NCBI RefSeq assembly: GCF_001194135.2
Contig: NC_068984.1
Span: 60,151,635-60,215,634 of the forward strand
Length of the DNA stretch: 64,000 nt
Direction: 5' to 3'
Origin: Octopus bimaculoides
Lineage: Eukaryota
Shown: positions 1 through 13,322 of the stretch, in pieces
Position numbering within the stretch: the first letter of the stretch is position 1
Layout of the letters: every line of letters begins with the position of its first letter
Program-made: the position numbers and the translations under genes
The notes under the pieces: model-generated
The model's database searches: none
Told to the model about the DNA's origin: nothing
What the model saw: only the letters and a program-made list of their open reading frames with translations

Positions 1-84
1 TATATATATATATATATATGTGTATGTATGTATATATATGTATATATATATGTATATATATATGTGTATATATATATATGTATG

Positions 85-120
<36 letters not shown>

Positions 121-1299
121 ACACATACATACAAACATACACATATATACATCTGCATATATATATAACATACATATATATACTTACATACATACTCTCT
201 CTATATATATATTTATATCTATATGTATATATACTCACACACAAACATACATACATACATACACATACACACACACATATATAACAAATTATTATTGTTA
301 TAATAATTGGGTTTATTTAAGACATTTTTCTTATTTCATTTGGTTCCAGAGAACTTACCATCTTCATTCATCACTGTATTCTTTATTTACAAACACCAAA
401 ATGAAAAATTTCCTTTCTGGCAAGTTGATATGACAAGGAATGGTTTCAAAGGGAAAGGTGCAATGTTTGAATGAGCAAATAGCATGTGTATCTGTGTGTG
501 TGTGTGCATGTGTGTGCATGTGTGTGTGTGTGTGTGTGGGGGGGGTATGTGTTTAACTGCTAGCTCTGGAGGTATGGGCAGCGTTTATGGCCTTAATAAA
601 CCCTCCTTACCTGGTGAGTGGGGGAGGCCTTTAATGCTCCTCTTGAACTTTTGTAAGTTAATGCCTGTGGGAAAGATATGAACAAGGATACAATTCCAGG
701 GAGTCAAAATTCTGTATGTGTGTGTGTGTTTACATTTGGGTTTGTGCTTATATGCATTTGTGAATGTAAAGAATGCATGTGTGGCATGCTTAAGAAGATC
801 ATTTCAAGAGAGAGAGAGAGTTGTAATTTGTGGCACATGACTGTCACTACATAAACCTGATGGTTGCATAATGCATGAAAGTACTAGTTTATTTCAATAT
901 TGTAAAATTGTAAAAATTGCAAATAATAAAACGTGAAAATCAGACTAAGTTGGAATTTCATTGATTAATATATTGTTCCATAAACAATCATACAAACTCG
1001 GATATATACCTGTAAAAAGGTCTCTTTTCATGGAATCACATACATACATAATTAAATAAATAGATAGATAAATATACATATCATCATAATTGTTGTCATT
1101 GTCATTGTTGTATTCATCGTCACCACCCTCCTCTTCTTCCTCCTTGTCATCATCATCATCATCCTTTTTTTATGTTTGCTTTCCCATATCCATTGGTCGG
1201 ACAGGTCCTTATGTTCTTACATAAACAGATATTTAAATACGCATACACAAAATAGACATGCATTCGCATACATACACACGTATAAAGCATGTGTGCCTG

Positions 1300-1337
<38 letters not shown>

Positions 1338-1959
1338 TACGCACCCATACATATTTATATGTAAATTGTTAATTTGCACTACAATATTCTAACATGGAAA
1401 TGGTAAATTTCAAAGATTAGAATGAGATTAAAACTAACACCATGTTTCTATATCTTATCTCTATCATTATGGTTATTTAGTCTTTTCTTTTTTGTGATTT
1501 ATCCTAGCAATCTCTCTACCATCCATCACCTTGATGGAAAATAAAGAAATAAAAATCATCATCTGCATCATAGTCATCGTTTATGCCACTGCTGCCATTG
1601 CTGTTTTCATTGTCGTCATTGCTTATTTATTCCTTGCTAGTTTTCCTTCTAAGATTTCTTTGTTTATCATCACTCGAGTGAAAGGACCTTAATAGTTATT
1701 GCCTCTCTTTGCAAAATATTCTTTTACCTTGCAAAGTTTTCTTCTACTTTACAAAGTAGGTGAAGAAACACTCATGGATTTGCTGAATTCTTCAAGTTAA
1801 TATTGAATAATCCTACTACAGCATTCTTAAACTCCTCACTTGATAACTTGCTTATTCTTGATTGTGTACATGGTGAAAATTAAATAAAAAGTTTATTTAA
1901 CCCAAATGTTGTACGTACAAGTGTTTGTTTGTATTTACCATTTGTTGTGTGTGTGTGTG

Positions 1960-2007
<48 letters not shown>

Positions 2008-2342
2008 CACATGTATATATATATATATATGTATAAATAAATATGCTTATTCATATATATATATACATGTTTGTGCATGTGTATTATTGGATTGTCATAC
2101 GTCTACATACACACACTTATAGTTTCTCACACATGCTATGCTGTCTCTCACAAACATAGTCTGTTCATTTTGTTTAATGTCTGTTATTTATGCTAGCATG
2201 AGTTAGACGAGAGGTAATCAGAGCAGGATTTTTACAACTGGATGCTCTTCCTGTCGTCAATCCTTACCTGTTTCTCAAGTGAGGGTTTTATTTTTAATTG
2301 TTGTACAGAAATTTGAAAACACAGGGCTACTGGACTATTTGC

Positions 2343-2498
2343 TTAAAAGGAGGAAATGCCAGCAAATGTCAGTGATCCATACTTAGCCACAAACAGTGAT
2401 GTTGCTATTTGTAGCTGAGCTGCAAACTGTGATGTCACTGATTGCTTCTGTGACTTAGTATATATTAACACACACACAAACACGCACACACGCACACA

Positions 2499-2597
<99 letters not shown>

Positions 2598-2915
2598 GCA
2601 CTCCATTGATTATGATGACGAGGGTAGCTGCTGATATGATAGATAGAATGGTCTGCTTATGAAATTAACATGCAAATGGTTGAGCACTCCACAGGCACAC
2701 ATACCCTTAACATAGTTCTAAGAGAGATTCAGCATGACACAGAATGTGATAAGGCTGGCCCTTTGAAATACAGGTACTTCTCATTTTTGTCAGCTGGATG
2801 GACTGGAGAAACCTGAAATAAAGTGTCTTGCCCAAGGACACAACCTGCTGCTGGGAATCAAACTGATGACCTTATGATTGTGTGCTGGTTATCCTAACCA
2901 CTAAACCACATGCTT
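2343..2915 (-). mobile_element. SINE family E (same CORE-like head, different body, internal (CA)n); second copy at about 62880-63215(-)
   Basis: Shared gagcactccac..tacccttaa..gagattcagc.tgacacagaatgtgataagg.tggccc..gaaataaagt.tcttgc.caaggacac block. Confidence 0.7.
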
Positions 2916-3093
2916 TTGCATAGACTTATGTACATGCACATACACACACATGTGTACATATGCACACACATGCTCAAAACACGCATATTAAATGGTCTTC
3001 CTTAGTTTTTGTTTACTATCTCTCTTTCTCTGGCTCCTCTTGTTCTCCTACTCAGGTAACCGGGTATCTCCTTTACAGTAAGACACCTATTAC

Positions 3094-3321
3094 TTATTTC
3101 TTTATTGCCCACAAGGGGCTAAACATAGAGGGGACAAACAAGGACAGACAAAGGGATTAAGTCGATTACATCGATCCCAGTGCGTAACTGGTACTTAATT
3201 TATCGACCCCGAAAGGATGAAAGGCAAAATCGACCTCGGCGGAATTTGGGCTCAGAACGTAGCGGTAGACGAAATACCGCTAAGCATTTCGCCCGGCGTG
3301 CTAACGTTTCTGCCAACTCGC
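3094..3321 (-). mobile_element. Young SINE family B copy; older copies near 6400-6560, 6700-6860, 26350-26500, 35690-35870, 38650-38850, 39425-39610, 46580-46735, 51000-51104, 52880-53070, 60600-60780
   Basis: Aligns by eye over its whole length to 40273-40509 with few differences. Confidence 0.88.
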
Positions 3322-4083
3322 TGATCTTCTCTTTAGACTTTAGTCTCTCATCACCTGGCAGAAATACTTCTTCCCCTTGCAGTCCCAATTACCTCGCAAC
3401 TATAAATGAGTCTTTCTTTCTTTTACCTTTATGAAGGGCCATACCTAAACTGTCATCATATCTTTCTTCTTTCTAATAGCAAAGAATATCTAAAAAGGCC
3501 TGTCAGTCCACCTCATAGTACAAGCAGACAAAACGGGAAAGACATTGCCTTCGATGATGGCAAGGGAGAGGCTCTGGAACAGTCACTTTAACACATGGGT
3601 CTTGCACTTGCGGATAGCCATTTCCACCTTGATAACAGTGAGCAGGGATGTGGTCCGAGGGCTGAGAATGCTGAGAGTTTCCTCTGCCTATAAACTTATC
3701 AGCAACTGGCTGATACTTTGACAGTTTACACCCTCATGGCCTGACAAGCAACAGAGCCTGGGTTTGTAGCTGACCACACCAAGTTGAGGGGATCTTGTCT
3801 TGTAAATTATCTGGTGACCTCACTGCACTGATATCATGTAATAAGCACCCAGTACACTATGTAAAGTAGTTGGTATTAAGAAGGATATCCAGCTGTAGGA
3901 ACCATGCCGAAGCTGACAGTAGAGCTTGGCACATCAAACCATCCAACCTTTTCTTACCATAGAAAGCAGATGTTAAATGATGGTGATGGCACCTTTTCAA
4001 GGTGCCATACAGTGAAATTGAACCTGAAGCTACATAGTTGCAAAATGAACTTCTTAGCTAAACAGCCATGCACAAATGCATTC

Positions 4084-4126
<43 letters not shown>

Positions 4127-4127
<1 letters not shown>

Positions 4128-4387
4128 CAGATTCCATCATACTCCAGGGGGAGAAACTAGAAGTAGTTGACAGCTTCCGCTACCTAGGTGACCAAGTTAG
4201 TATTGGGGGTGGATGCTCAGAGAATGTTACCACTAGAATAAGAATAGCCTGGGCAAAGTTTAGAAAGCTTCTACTCCTACTGGTGACAAAGGGCTTCTCG
4301 CTCAAAGTGAAAGGTAGATTGTATGATGCATGTGTGCGAACTGGCATGCTTCATGGCAGTGAAACATGGGCCGTGACTGCGGAGGAC
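4127..4387 (+). mobile_element. RTE-clade LINE ORF2 internal fragment (post-RT region)
   Basis: EKLEVVDSFRYLGDQVS...RIRIAWAKFRKL...KGRLYDACVRTGMLHGSETW is a typical RTE YLG...GSETW segment. Confidence 0.85.
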
Positions 4388-5340
4388 TGTTACCCAGCCA
4401 CACCTTTTCCCAAGCAAGATAACTTTCCCCCATGGCTAGACATGTTTTAATAGAAAATTGGAAATAAATGATGCCACTTGCATGATAGTGACACTCATTT
4501 ACAGCTATCATGCAATGTCAAAACATGTAAACATGCACATACACACATACATGCACACTCTCACCACATGCACTCACACACATACATATTCAAACACACT
4601 CGTACACATGCACACAAGTGCACACACACACACACACACACACACACAAGTGCATACACACACACAAGTGCACACACACACACTTACACACTTACACACA
4701 CAAGTGCATGCACACACATACACACACACATAACACTCACACACACAAGTGCATGCACACACACACACACACATGCACATACACACATACAACAAGTTTC
4801 ATCCAGTTTCTATTTACCATATCCTCTCACAAGGCTTTGGTCAGCTCAGAGCTATAGTAGAAGATGCTTGCCTAAGAAGTCTCACAGAGGGATTGAACCT
4901 GAAACCATATGGTTGAGAGAGGAATTTCTTAACCACAGAGCCATGCCTGCAGTTTTATAATTCTGTAAATTCTGTGAGATGAGATCTGAATACACGAAGT
5001 ACTTCCTTGTAGAGGTGGCTGGTTATAGCTGATATCTTTTCAGGAATCTCTACCACTGCAAGTTATTTCTTGAAAGTTATTCATTTGTAGATCTTTGCTA
5101 ATTCTTCTTGCTGTAATAATTATATTTAATGATACACCAATGCTATATTTTTCTATGACTAAATTTTCATATTTTAAGCTGTTCTTCAAATTTAGGTCAT
5201 TTATCAGTACCATTTCCACTTTGTGCATGGTAAATCTTTCACTTTATATATTCTTGTTTTTGCCATACTCATGTTGTACGTTCTATTGGTGGCTTCCAAA
5301 ATACCCAACTAAATCAGAAGTACATATACATATATATATC

Positions 5341-5560
5341 TGAGCGTGGCCGTTGCCAGTACCGCCTGACTGGCCTTCGTGCGGGTGACACGTAAAAGCA
5401 CCCACTACACTCTCTGAGTGGTTGGCGTTAGGAAGGGCATCCAGCTGTAGAAACTCTGCCAAATTAGATTGGAGCCTGGTGTTGCCATCCAGTTTCACCA
5501 GTCCTCAGTCAAATCGTCCAACCCATGCTAGCATGGAAAGCGGACGTTAAACGACGATGA
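5341..5560 (+). mobile_element. RTE 3'UTR fragment (young subfamily)
   Basis: ggttggcgttaggaagggcatccagctgtagaaactctgcc...gcatggaaagcggacgttaaacgacgatga; CpGs intact. Confidence 0.8.
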
Positions 5561-6344
5561 ATATCTTTATGTACATGTGCATGTATAAATGTATACATGC
5601 AGGTATATATATGTATGTATTATGTATCACTCAATCTGTTTATCTCCCTATATATAGTTATATATAAGTNNNNNNNNNNNNNNNNNNNNNNNNNNNNNNN
5701 NNNNNNNNNNNNNNNNNNNNNNNNNNNNNNNNNNNNNNNNNNNNNNNNNNNNNNNNNNNNNNNNNNNNNNNNNNNNNNNNNNNNNNNNNNNNNNNNNNNN
5801 NNNNNNNNNNNNNNNNNNNNNNNNNNNNNNNNNNNNNNNNNNNNNNNNNNNNNNNNNNNNNNNNNNNNNNNNNNNNNNNNNNNNNNNNNNNNNNNNNNNN
5901 NNNNNNNNNNNNNNNNNNNNNNNNNNNNNNNNNNNNNNNNCAACACAAAACTACAACGATTATGACAAAAATATGAACTGAAAGTTAAAAAAGAAAGTGA
6001 AATCAATATTTTTTAACTATTGATGATAACCGTAATTATCTTTTTTTTCTTTCTCTCTTTTTGTTTCCTTTCTAATCACCATTTCTTTCCTGTGTTCTCT
6101 GATTGTTATCAATGACTAGTTCAATTTTTCGTTTTGTTTGTTGTGAACAAATTTGTTCTTTCAAGATTAAAATGATGAAAAGAAATCTTCACATAGGATA
6201 TTATATGATTTGTTTCATTAGCACACCCAGTTTTCAGATTTATAACAGCAGCAACAACAACAACAACAACAAAGGAAATGTGATCAATATGGTGGGGTTT
6301 GAGATCACGTAATGTTCATGCCTTTCTCAAGTACATTATTAAGA

Positions 6345-6915
6345 ACACAAAAGGGATATTGTATTGCCAGAATCATTTATCTACCATTTTTATCTACATA
6401 GCGACAAATTGGTAGAGTCAACAGAGTATCAGATGAAATACCTTGTATTTATTGTAGAATTTAACATTCTAAGTTCAGATTTCTTTGAGACCATCTTTTC
6501 CTTTCATACTTTGATGTGGTGAGAGGTCAGTGAAATAAAGTGCTTGTTATGTACGAGGGTTCAATTTAATTGATTATTCCCTCTCTTCAAATTTGTGATC
6601 TTGTAGCCATCCATCTTATGTCTTTTCTTTGTTTAGGGACACAAAAGGGATATTGCACTGCTAGAATCATTTATCTACCATTTTTATCTATAAAGTGGCA
6701 AATTGGTAGAGTCCATAGAATGTTGGATAAAATACTTTGTCATATTTGTTGTGGCGTTTTACATTCCAAGTTCAGATTTCTTGAAGACCATCTTTGCTTT
6801 CATCTTTTGATGTGGTGAGAGATCAGAAGAATAAAGTGCTTGTCAAAGGATGAAGGTTCAATTTAATTTATTGTTCCCTCTCTTCAGATTTGTGATCTTT
6901 TAGCCATCTATCTTT
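6345..6915 (+). repeat. Tandem duplication, period 294 bp, containing an old SINE-B fragment
   Basis: acacaaaagggatattg...agaatcatttatctaccatttttatcta starts at 6345 and 6639; both units end tttgtgatctt.tagccatc.atct. Confidence 0.85.
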
Positions 6916-7645
6916 CATATTTTATTTATTTCCATCATTGGACTGCAGCTGTGTTGGGGCACAGCCTTGAAAGCTTTAGTCAAACAAAATGCCCATCTGT
7001 AGTGTTTATTTTTTAAGTCTGGCCCATTTTTCTCCCAGTCTCTTCTGCTGAACTGACTAAGTTACATGGATGTAAACAAACCAACAATGATTGTCAAGTT
7101 GTAGTGTTGGTGTTGGTGTTGGTGGTGGGGGACATACAAAAACACAGTGACATACAACACACACAGACACTCTGGAAAGTGGTTGGTGTTAAGAAGGGCA
7201 TCCAGCCGTAGAAACCATGCCAAATCAGATTGGAATCTGGTGCAGCACCACCAGCTTGCCAGCCCTGGTCAAACTGTCCAACCCATGCCAGCATGGACAA
7301 TGGATGTTAAATGATGCTGCTGCTGATGATGATGATGACAATGTGCATGCTTGCATGCATATGTGTATGTGTGTGTGTGAGAGAGTGGTCATCATCATCA
7401 TTATCACTATCATTTTATCATCCACTTGCCATGCTTGCATGGGTTGGATGGAATTTATTGAGACAGATTTTGTTTGTCCAGATACTTTTCCTGTCTTTAA
7501 CTATCAACTGTTTCCAAGCAAGGTGATATTTCCCCTTGGCCAGACATATTTTTCATAGCAGACTTGAAAGAAACAGCACTACTACTATGAGGGTGACACA
7601 TGTTTACAATTATCATGTGATGCTAAAACAAACACTAGCGCATGT

Positions 7646-7680
<35 letters not shown>

Positions 7681-8159
7681 TTACACATGCATGCATATGC
7701 CTACACATATGATGAGATGCATGTACAAGCTCACACAATTTGTGGAGTTAGCGGTCAGTCATGGCGACTGGTTGGACAAAGGTAGTTAGGCAGGAGAGCT
7801 AGGAAGAAGGGGAGATAATACAGTACTGGTGATCCCAAAATGAAGGTGCGCATGCATGTGTGTATGTGAGAGTGTGTGCATGTGTGTATGTGTATGTGAG
7901 AGTGTGTGCATGTGTGTATGTGTGTAAGTGTGTGCATCTGTAATGTGTGGGTGTACGGATGATAGTGTCGGTGCTGAGAAGTGGCTAGTGCTAGAGTGTG
8001 CGGAGTGGTGTGGTGTGTTGGTGTATGGTGTGGTGTGGCAGTGTTGGGGTGTGTGTTTGGGGTGAGGATGTGGGGGTAGGGGTGGGGCACGTTATAGTGG
8101 GATGTGTGGATAGAGGGGGTAACAATGAAGGGAGAAGGTAGGTAGGAGTGAAGAGAGGA

Positions 8160-9097
8160 AGTAGGTGTCAGATGAAGAGGTATTTTGAGATTAGTTCCGT
8201 GCGGCAGTTACAGGCGGAGATGATGGGGTAGCCAGAGTTGTTGGGCTTGTGGATTTTGGGAAGGAAATAACTGGTGGGGGTATGAAGAGTGCAGACAATG
8301 AGGTTGAAGGCAGTGGGAGGGAGATGGGAGGAGGAGACAAGGTCATGGATAGTGGAGGACACAGTCTGTTGGTAGCTAGGCGTGGGATTGAAGGGTAGAG
8401 GGCAATAGTAGGAGGTGTGTTGAAGCTGACAGAGCGCTTTAGCCTTGTAGAGGTCTGCGCATCACACCACAATGGCTCCACCCTTGTTGGCTGGTTTTAT
8501 GATAATGTCTTTGCAGTGTCCCAGACATTGAAGGGCCATGAGTTTGGCTGGGGAGATGTTCAGATATCGGGGATGCCTGTGAAAGTTAAACCGGTCCACA
8601 ACACATTGGCAGATGCTTGCAAAATGATTGACTGCCTGGAACTGGCCAGGAGCTGGCGTCCAATGGGATGGTTGGCAGCCCAGGTTGGTGAAGCAGTCCT
8701 CTTCGTTAGATGCAGGTGGAGTGTTGTGGAATAGTGCATATAGCCTGACATGGTGCACAAAGCTATGAATATCAGCATGAGTCTGAAATTCATTACTGGA
8801 TGGAGTGAAGGGGATGAAGTGCAGTCCCCTACTCAGAAGAGAGCACTCCGCCTCAGAGAGAGGAAGATCAGGAGGAATGGTAGCAACAGACTGAAGAGGG
8901 GAAGGGGTGGATTAGTTAGATGTGGGAGGGTTGTGGGGGTAGTAGAAGGCTGGGAGGAGAGAGAGAGGAAGGGAAAGTGTGTGTGTGGGAGGTTGGAATA
9001 ATGGAAGGTTGATGAGGATGAGGGGGAAGTGTATCAGGGAGGGAGGGGTGGGGGTAGTGGCATCGAGTGTGATGGAATGAAGGAGTGAGTGGAGTTT
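8160..9097 (-). mobile_element. Penelope-like retroelement fragment (pre-RT and RT N-terminus)
   Basis: LSRGLHFIP...FVHHVRLYALF, DIIIKPANKGGAIVV and YFLPKIHKPNNSGYPIISACNCRTELISKYL match Penelope ORF motifs (KPADKG; FYLLPKIHK..GRPIVS); frameshifted; runs into a gap. Confidence 0.88.
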
Positions 9098-9803
9098 NNN
9101 NNNNNNNNNNNNNNNNNNNNNNNNNNNNNNNNNNNNNNNNNNNNNNNNNNNNNNNNNNNNNNNNNNNNNNNNNNNNNNNNNNNNNNNNNNNNNNNNNNNN
9201 NNNNNNNNNNNNNNNNNNNNNNNNNNNNNNNNNNNNNNNNNNNNNNNNNNNNNNNNNNNNNNNNNNNNNNNNNNNNNNNNNNNNNNNNNNNNNNNNNNNN
9301 NNNNNNNNNNNNNNNNNNNNNNNNNNNNNNNNNNNNNNNNNNNNNNNNNNNNNNNNNNNNNNNNNNNNNNNNNNNNNNNNNNNNNNNNNNNNNNNNNNNN
9401 NNNNNNNNNNNNNNNNNNNNNNNNNNNNNNNNNNNNNNNNNNNNNNNNNNNNNNNNNNNNNNNNNNNNNNNNNNNNNNNNNNNNNNNNNNNNNNNNNNNN
9501 NNNNNNNNNNNNNNNNNNNNNNNNNNNNNNNNNNNNNNNNNNNNNNNNNNNNNNNNNNNNNNNNNNNNNNNNNNNNNNNNNNNNNNNNNNNNNNNNNNNN
9601 NNNNNNNNNNNNNNNNNNNNNNNNNNNNNNNNNNNNNNNNNNNNNNNNNNNNNNNNNNNNNNNNNNNNNNNNNNNNNNNNNNNNNNNNNNNNNNNNNNNN
9701 NNTTTTTTTCGGAAGTCTAACATGTATAGTAATAAACAAATGGACTTGTTTATTCACATAACACAATGCACTCCTGCACTCCCTATTTTTGACCCATATT
9801 GAC

Positions 9804-9836
<33 letters not shown>

Positions 9837-10438
9837 ACATCTGGCAAGGAAATGTTTTCCATAGGTTGTACTTGTTTGTCAAGTGACTTGATCTAAGAAC
9901 ACGTGTTGACAGAAATAATTACATCATGAAAAATCCATTTAAGCGATCTAAAAACACACAAAAGTGCTCTATCATTTTTCTTTTGTTTCATGATGTGTCA
10001 GATACAAGATCTTTGCCCTCATTTACAACCTATAAATGTACTACTTAGAAATGGCAGAAAAATGACAAAAAAGTAGAGTACTCAGGTAAATGCTTTATGG
10101 TTTTCAGATTAATTGCACTCACTATTTTTCCTAAGCTGTGTGTATATGTGTACATTTTGTAACCAATGTACAAGAGAGATTAATGTGTATGAAAAAGTTA
10201 GGTGCCAAAAATAATGTTGTAATTAATAATTAGTAATTATACATGGCTATATGTATGGTAGTTGCTATAGGTACAGTCACTGCAGACATGGCTGTATGGT
10301 AAGAATTTTGCCTTCCAACTACTTGATTCTGGGTTCAGTCCCACTATGTAGCACCTTTGACAAGTGTCTTCTACTATTGCCCTAGGCAAACTGAAGTTTT
10401 GTGTGTGGATTTAGTTGATAGAAACTGAAAGAAGCCCG

Positions 10439-10474
<36 letters not shown>

Positions 10475-10478
<4 letters not shown>

Positions 10479-10662
10479 TCATCATCGTTTAACGTCCGCT
10501 TTCCATGCTAGCATGGGTTGGATGATTTGACTGAGGACTGGTGAACCAGATGGCTACACCAGGCTCCAATCTGATTTGGCAGAGTTTCTACAGCTGGATG
10601 CCCTTCCTAACGCCAACCACTCTAAGAGTGTAGTGGATGCTTTTACGTGCCACCGGCACGAA
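10475..10662 (-). mobile_element. RTE 3'UTR fragment (young subfamily) abutting the (TA)n of a SINE
   Basis: Reverse complement of the 5341-5560 family, starting catcatcatcgtttaacgtccgctttcc; ends in a gap. Confidence 0.8.
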
Positions 10663-11643
10663 NNNNNNNNNNNNNNNNNNNNNNNNNNNNNNNNNNNNNN
10701 NNNNNNNNNNNNNNNNNNNNNNNNNNNNNNNNNNNNNNNNNNNNNNNNNNNNNNNNNNNNNNNNNNNNNNNNNNNNNNNNNNNNNNNNNNNNNNNNNNNN
10801 NNNNNNNNNNNNNNNNNNNNNNNNNNNNNNNNNNNNNNNNNNNNNNNNNNNNNNNNNNNNNNNNNNNNNNNNNNNNNNNNNNNNNNNNNNNNNNNNNNNN
10901 NNNNNNNNNNNNNNNNNNNNNNNNNNNNNNNNNNNNNNNNNNNNNNNNNNNNNNNNNNNNNNNNNNNNNNNNNNNNNNNNNNNNNNNNNNNNNNNNNNNN
11001 NNNNNNNNNNNNNNNNNNNNNNNNNNNNNNNNNNNNNNNNNNNNNNNNNNNNNNNNNNNNNNNNNNNNNNNNNNNNNNNNNNNNNNNNNNNNNNNNNNNN
11101 NNNNNNNNNNNNNNNNNNNNNNNNNNNNNNNNNNNNNNNNNNNNNNNNNNNNNNNNNNNNNNNNNNNNNNNNNNNNNNNNNNNNNNTGACATTTTGTAAT
11201 AGTTTTAAATGAGTGTCACTGTCATGCTAGAGATGTTTGGTCCTGGGAAATACTACCTTACTAGGAAACAAGTGAGAGTTAGTGACAGGAAGTGTGCATC
11301 TGGCCATAGAAAATCTGCAAGCATGGAAAAGTAGACATTAAAATGGTGATTATATATTCAGTGTACACATACTTTTGTCACAGGAAAAAAGAAAACAAAC
11401 TTGACACAAGATTTTAGTGAACAGTGTCAAGTAAAAAACAAAAAAAAAACAGGGAATATTTTTGAGTGCAAATCCTGTTGGGGTGGAGTTAACTTTGCCT
11501 TTAACCTAGAATTTGTACTGAATTTTTACAGAGTTTTGAATTTATTTAACCATTTTTTTTGTAGTTGTCTGATAATACAGTCACAGACTTGCCCAGATCA
11601 GTTAACATTGATATTTTTTTCACTGTTGTTACAATCATCTGAA

Positions 11644-12852
11644 ATGGAACTGTCAAAGCCTGATATTCAAGCAATTTTGCTATTCAACTTCAAAAAAGGA
11701 CATAAAGCAGTTGAAACTGCTTGTGATATCAACCATTGTGTAGTCAGCTTGAAAATGATTTAAATGATTTTGCAGTGGAGACCTGAGCCTTGAAGATCGT
11801 GAGCATAGTGGATGCCCATCTGTCATCAATGACAGTCAATTAAAAACCGTCATCAATGACAGTCAATTAAAGACTGTCATTGAAAAAGATCAATGTAAAA
11901 CCACTTGAGAACTGGTAAAAGGACTTCAAGTTAGCCAGGAAACTGCCTGCAACCATTTGCATGAAATCAAAAAATCAAAAGAGCTTGACAAATGGGTACC
12001 ACACAATTTGAATGAAAATCAGAAAATGCGTAGATAGGAAATTTGCTCGTCACTTCTCTGTAGCCAGACTGATCCATTTCTTGACCATATTGTAACTTAC
12101 AATGAGAAGTGGATTCTGACCAATAATAAAAAAAAACATTCTTTGCAGTAGTTGGACCAAAATGAAGCACTGAAAACCTTCTCTAAACCCAAGCTCTTCA
12201 AAAGGAAGGTTATGGTGACTGTTTGGTGGTGTACTGCTGGACTCATCTACTATAACTTCTTAAAACATGGAAAAACCATTACTGCAGGAACATATTGCAA
12301 TAAAATTGCCAAAATAAATAAAAAACTGCTACTCCTCTGTTCCAGACTGGTCAATAGAAGAGGGTCAATCACTCTTCATGACATGTTCAGCCACAGGTTT
12401 CACTAATGACACTCCAGAAGGCGAGAGAACTTGGCTATGAAGTTCTTTTCCAGCCAGCTTATTCCTCAGACCTTTCTCCTACTGACTACCACTTTTTCAA
12501 GCACCTTGATAGTTTCCTGCAAGAGAAGGAGTTCAAATATCAAACTGATGCTGAAAGTGCATTCAAAGAGTTCATCAGCTCCAGAACTCCAGATTTTTAT
12601 ATTACCAGAATAAACAAACTTGTAACTCATTGGTAAAAATGTGTTGATTGTAATGGTACTTTGATGAATAAAATTACTGCTTTGTTGAAATATCATCATC
12701 GTTTAACGTCCGCTTTCCATGCTATCATGGGTTGGACGATTTGACTGAGGACTGGTGAAACCAGATGGCTACACCAGGCTCCAATCTGATTTGGCAGAGT
12801 TTCGTAATGAATTTGATGTTTCAAAACATTGCTTACTTTTCACTCAGCCTGA
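11644..12852 (+). mobile_element. Decayed mariner transposon, Hsmar1/cecropia-like, DD34D transposase pseudogene (CDS 11644-12671)
   Basis: Translated pieces: MELSKPDIQAILLFNFKKGHKAVETA, KWVPHNLNENQK, VTYNEKWI (first catalytic D to N at 12101), KVMVTVWW, YSSDLSPTDYHFFKHLD, KCVDCNGTLMN-like end (frame-corrected ...YFDE*). 34 residues between the 2nd and 3rd D after restoring a 1-nt deletion. Right TIR-like end ttacttttcactcagcctga|TA at 12823-12854; left TIR not found. Confidence 0.92.
12692..12803 (-). mobile_element. 5'-truncated RTE 3' end nested in the mariner 3' region
   Basis: Differs from 10475-10590 at about 3 positions; lies between the mariner stop codon and its right TIR. Confidence 0.8.
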
Positions 12853-12989
12853 TATATTTTTAGAGTAGCATTGAATGGTAGGTATGATAAGCTGTATCTG
12901 CCCCATATTTGGGCTAGGTATGTCCGGTTTAAATGCTAAAGGGTTAATCTCAATGGAGTGGAGGATCACCATTTGTGATCCACTATTTG

Positions 12990-13200
12990 TAGGTTTAGAA
13001 GAGGCTGGCATATTGTTTTTGGGTTTACTAATGATGAAATATTTGTTTCAAGTGGAAAGCTGAAGCAGAATGAAGAATGGTATCATCTGCATAGTTGTTT
13101 GTATTGATAAGAATTAAGAGTGAAGATGGTGTGGGCGATTTAACTGTTTTATCTGTTGAAAGACACAGGCATTATTTCTGTAAATTCAGAACGAATGAAG
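12990..13200 (-). mobile_element. Highly decayed CR1/L2-type reverse transcriptase remnant
   Basis: Minus strand reads NACVFQ...SPTPSSLLILINTNNYADDTILHSA, matching the GVPQG-SPTLF-IND-YADD core. Confidence 0.55.
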
Positions 13201-13322
13201 TGTTTATTAAAATACCTTTGTTGTTATTTAGCTGGTGTTTAGAATGCAGATCATAGAATTTTGATCACTTTCAAATGGGCAATTTGAATCATTAAACTCG
13301 GAATGGTTTCAGATGGTTTGGC

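Noticed and set aside
1728-1875. Minus-strand exon candidate ending AAG|gtaaaa
   Set aside because: All three frames contain stops before the donor and there is no good acceptor.
10285-10360. tRNA-like sequences here and at 19553, 34330, 47400-47480 and 60520-60598
   Set aside because: SINE heads with A/B-box motifs but no complete cloverleaf; they continue into SINE bodies.
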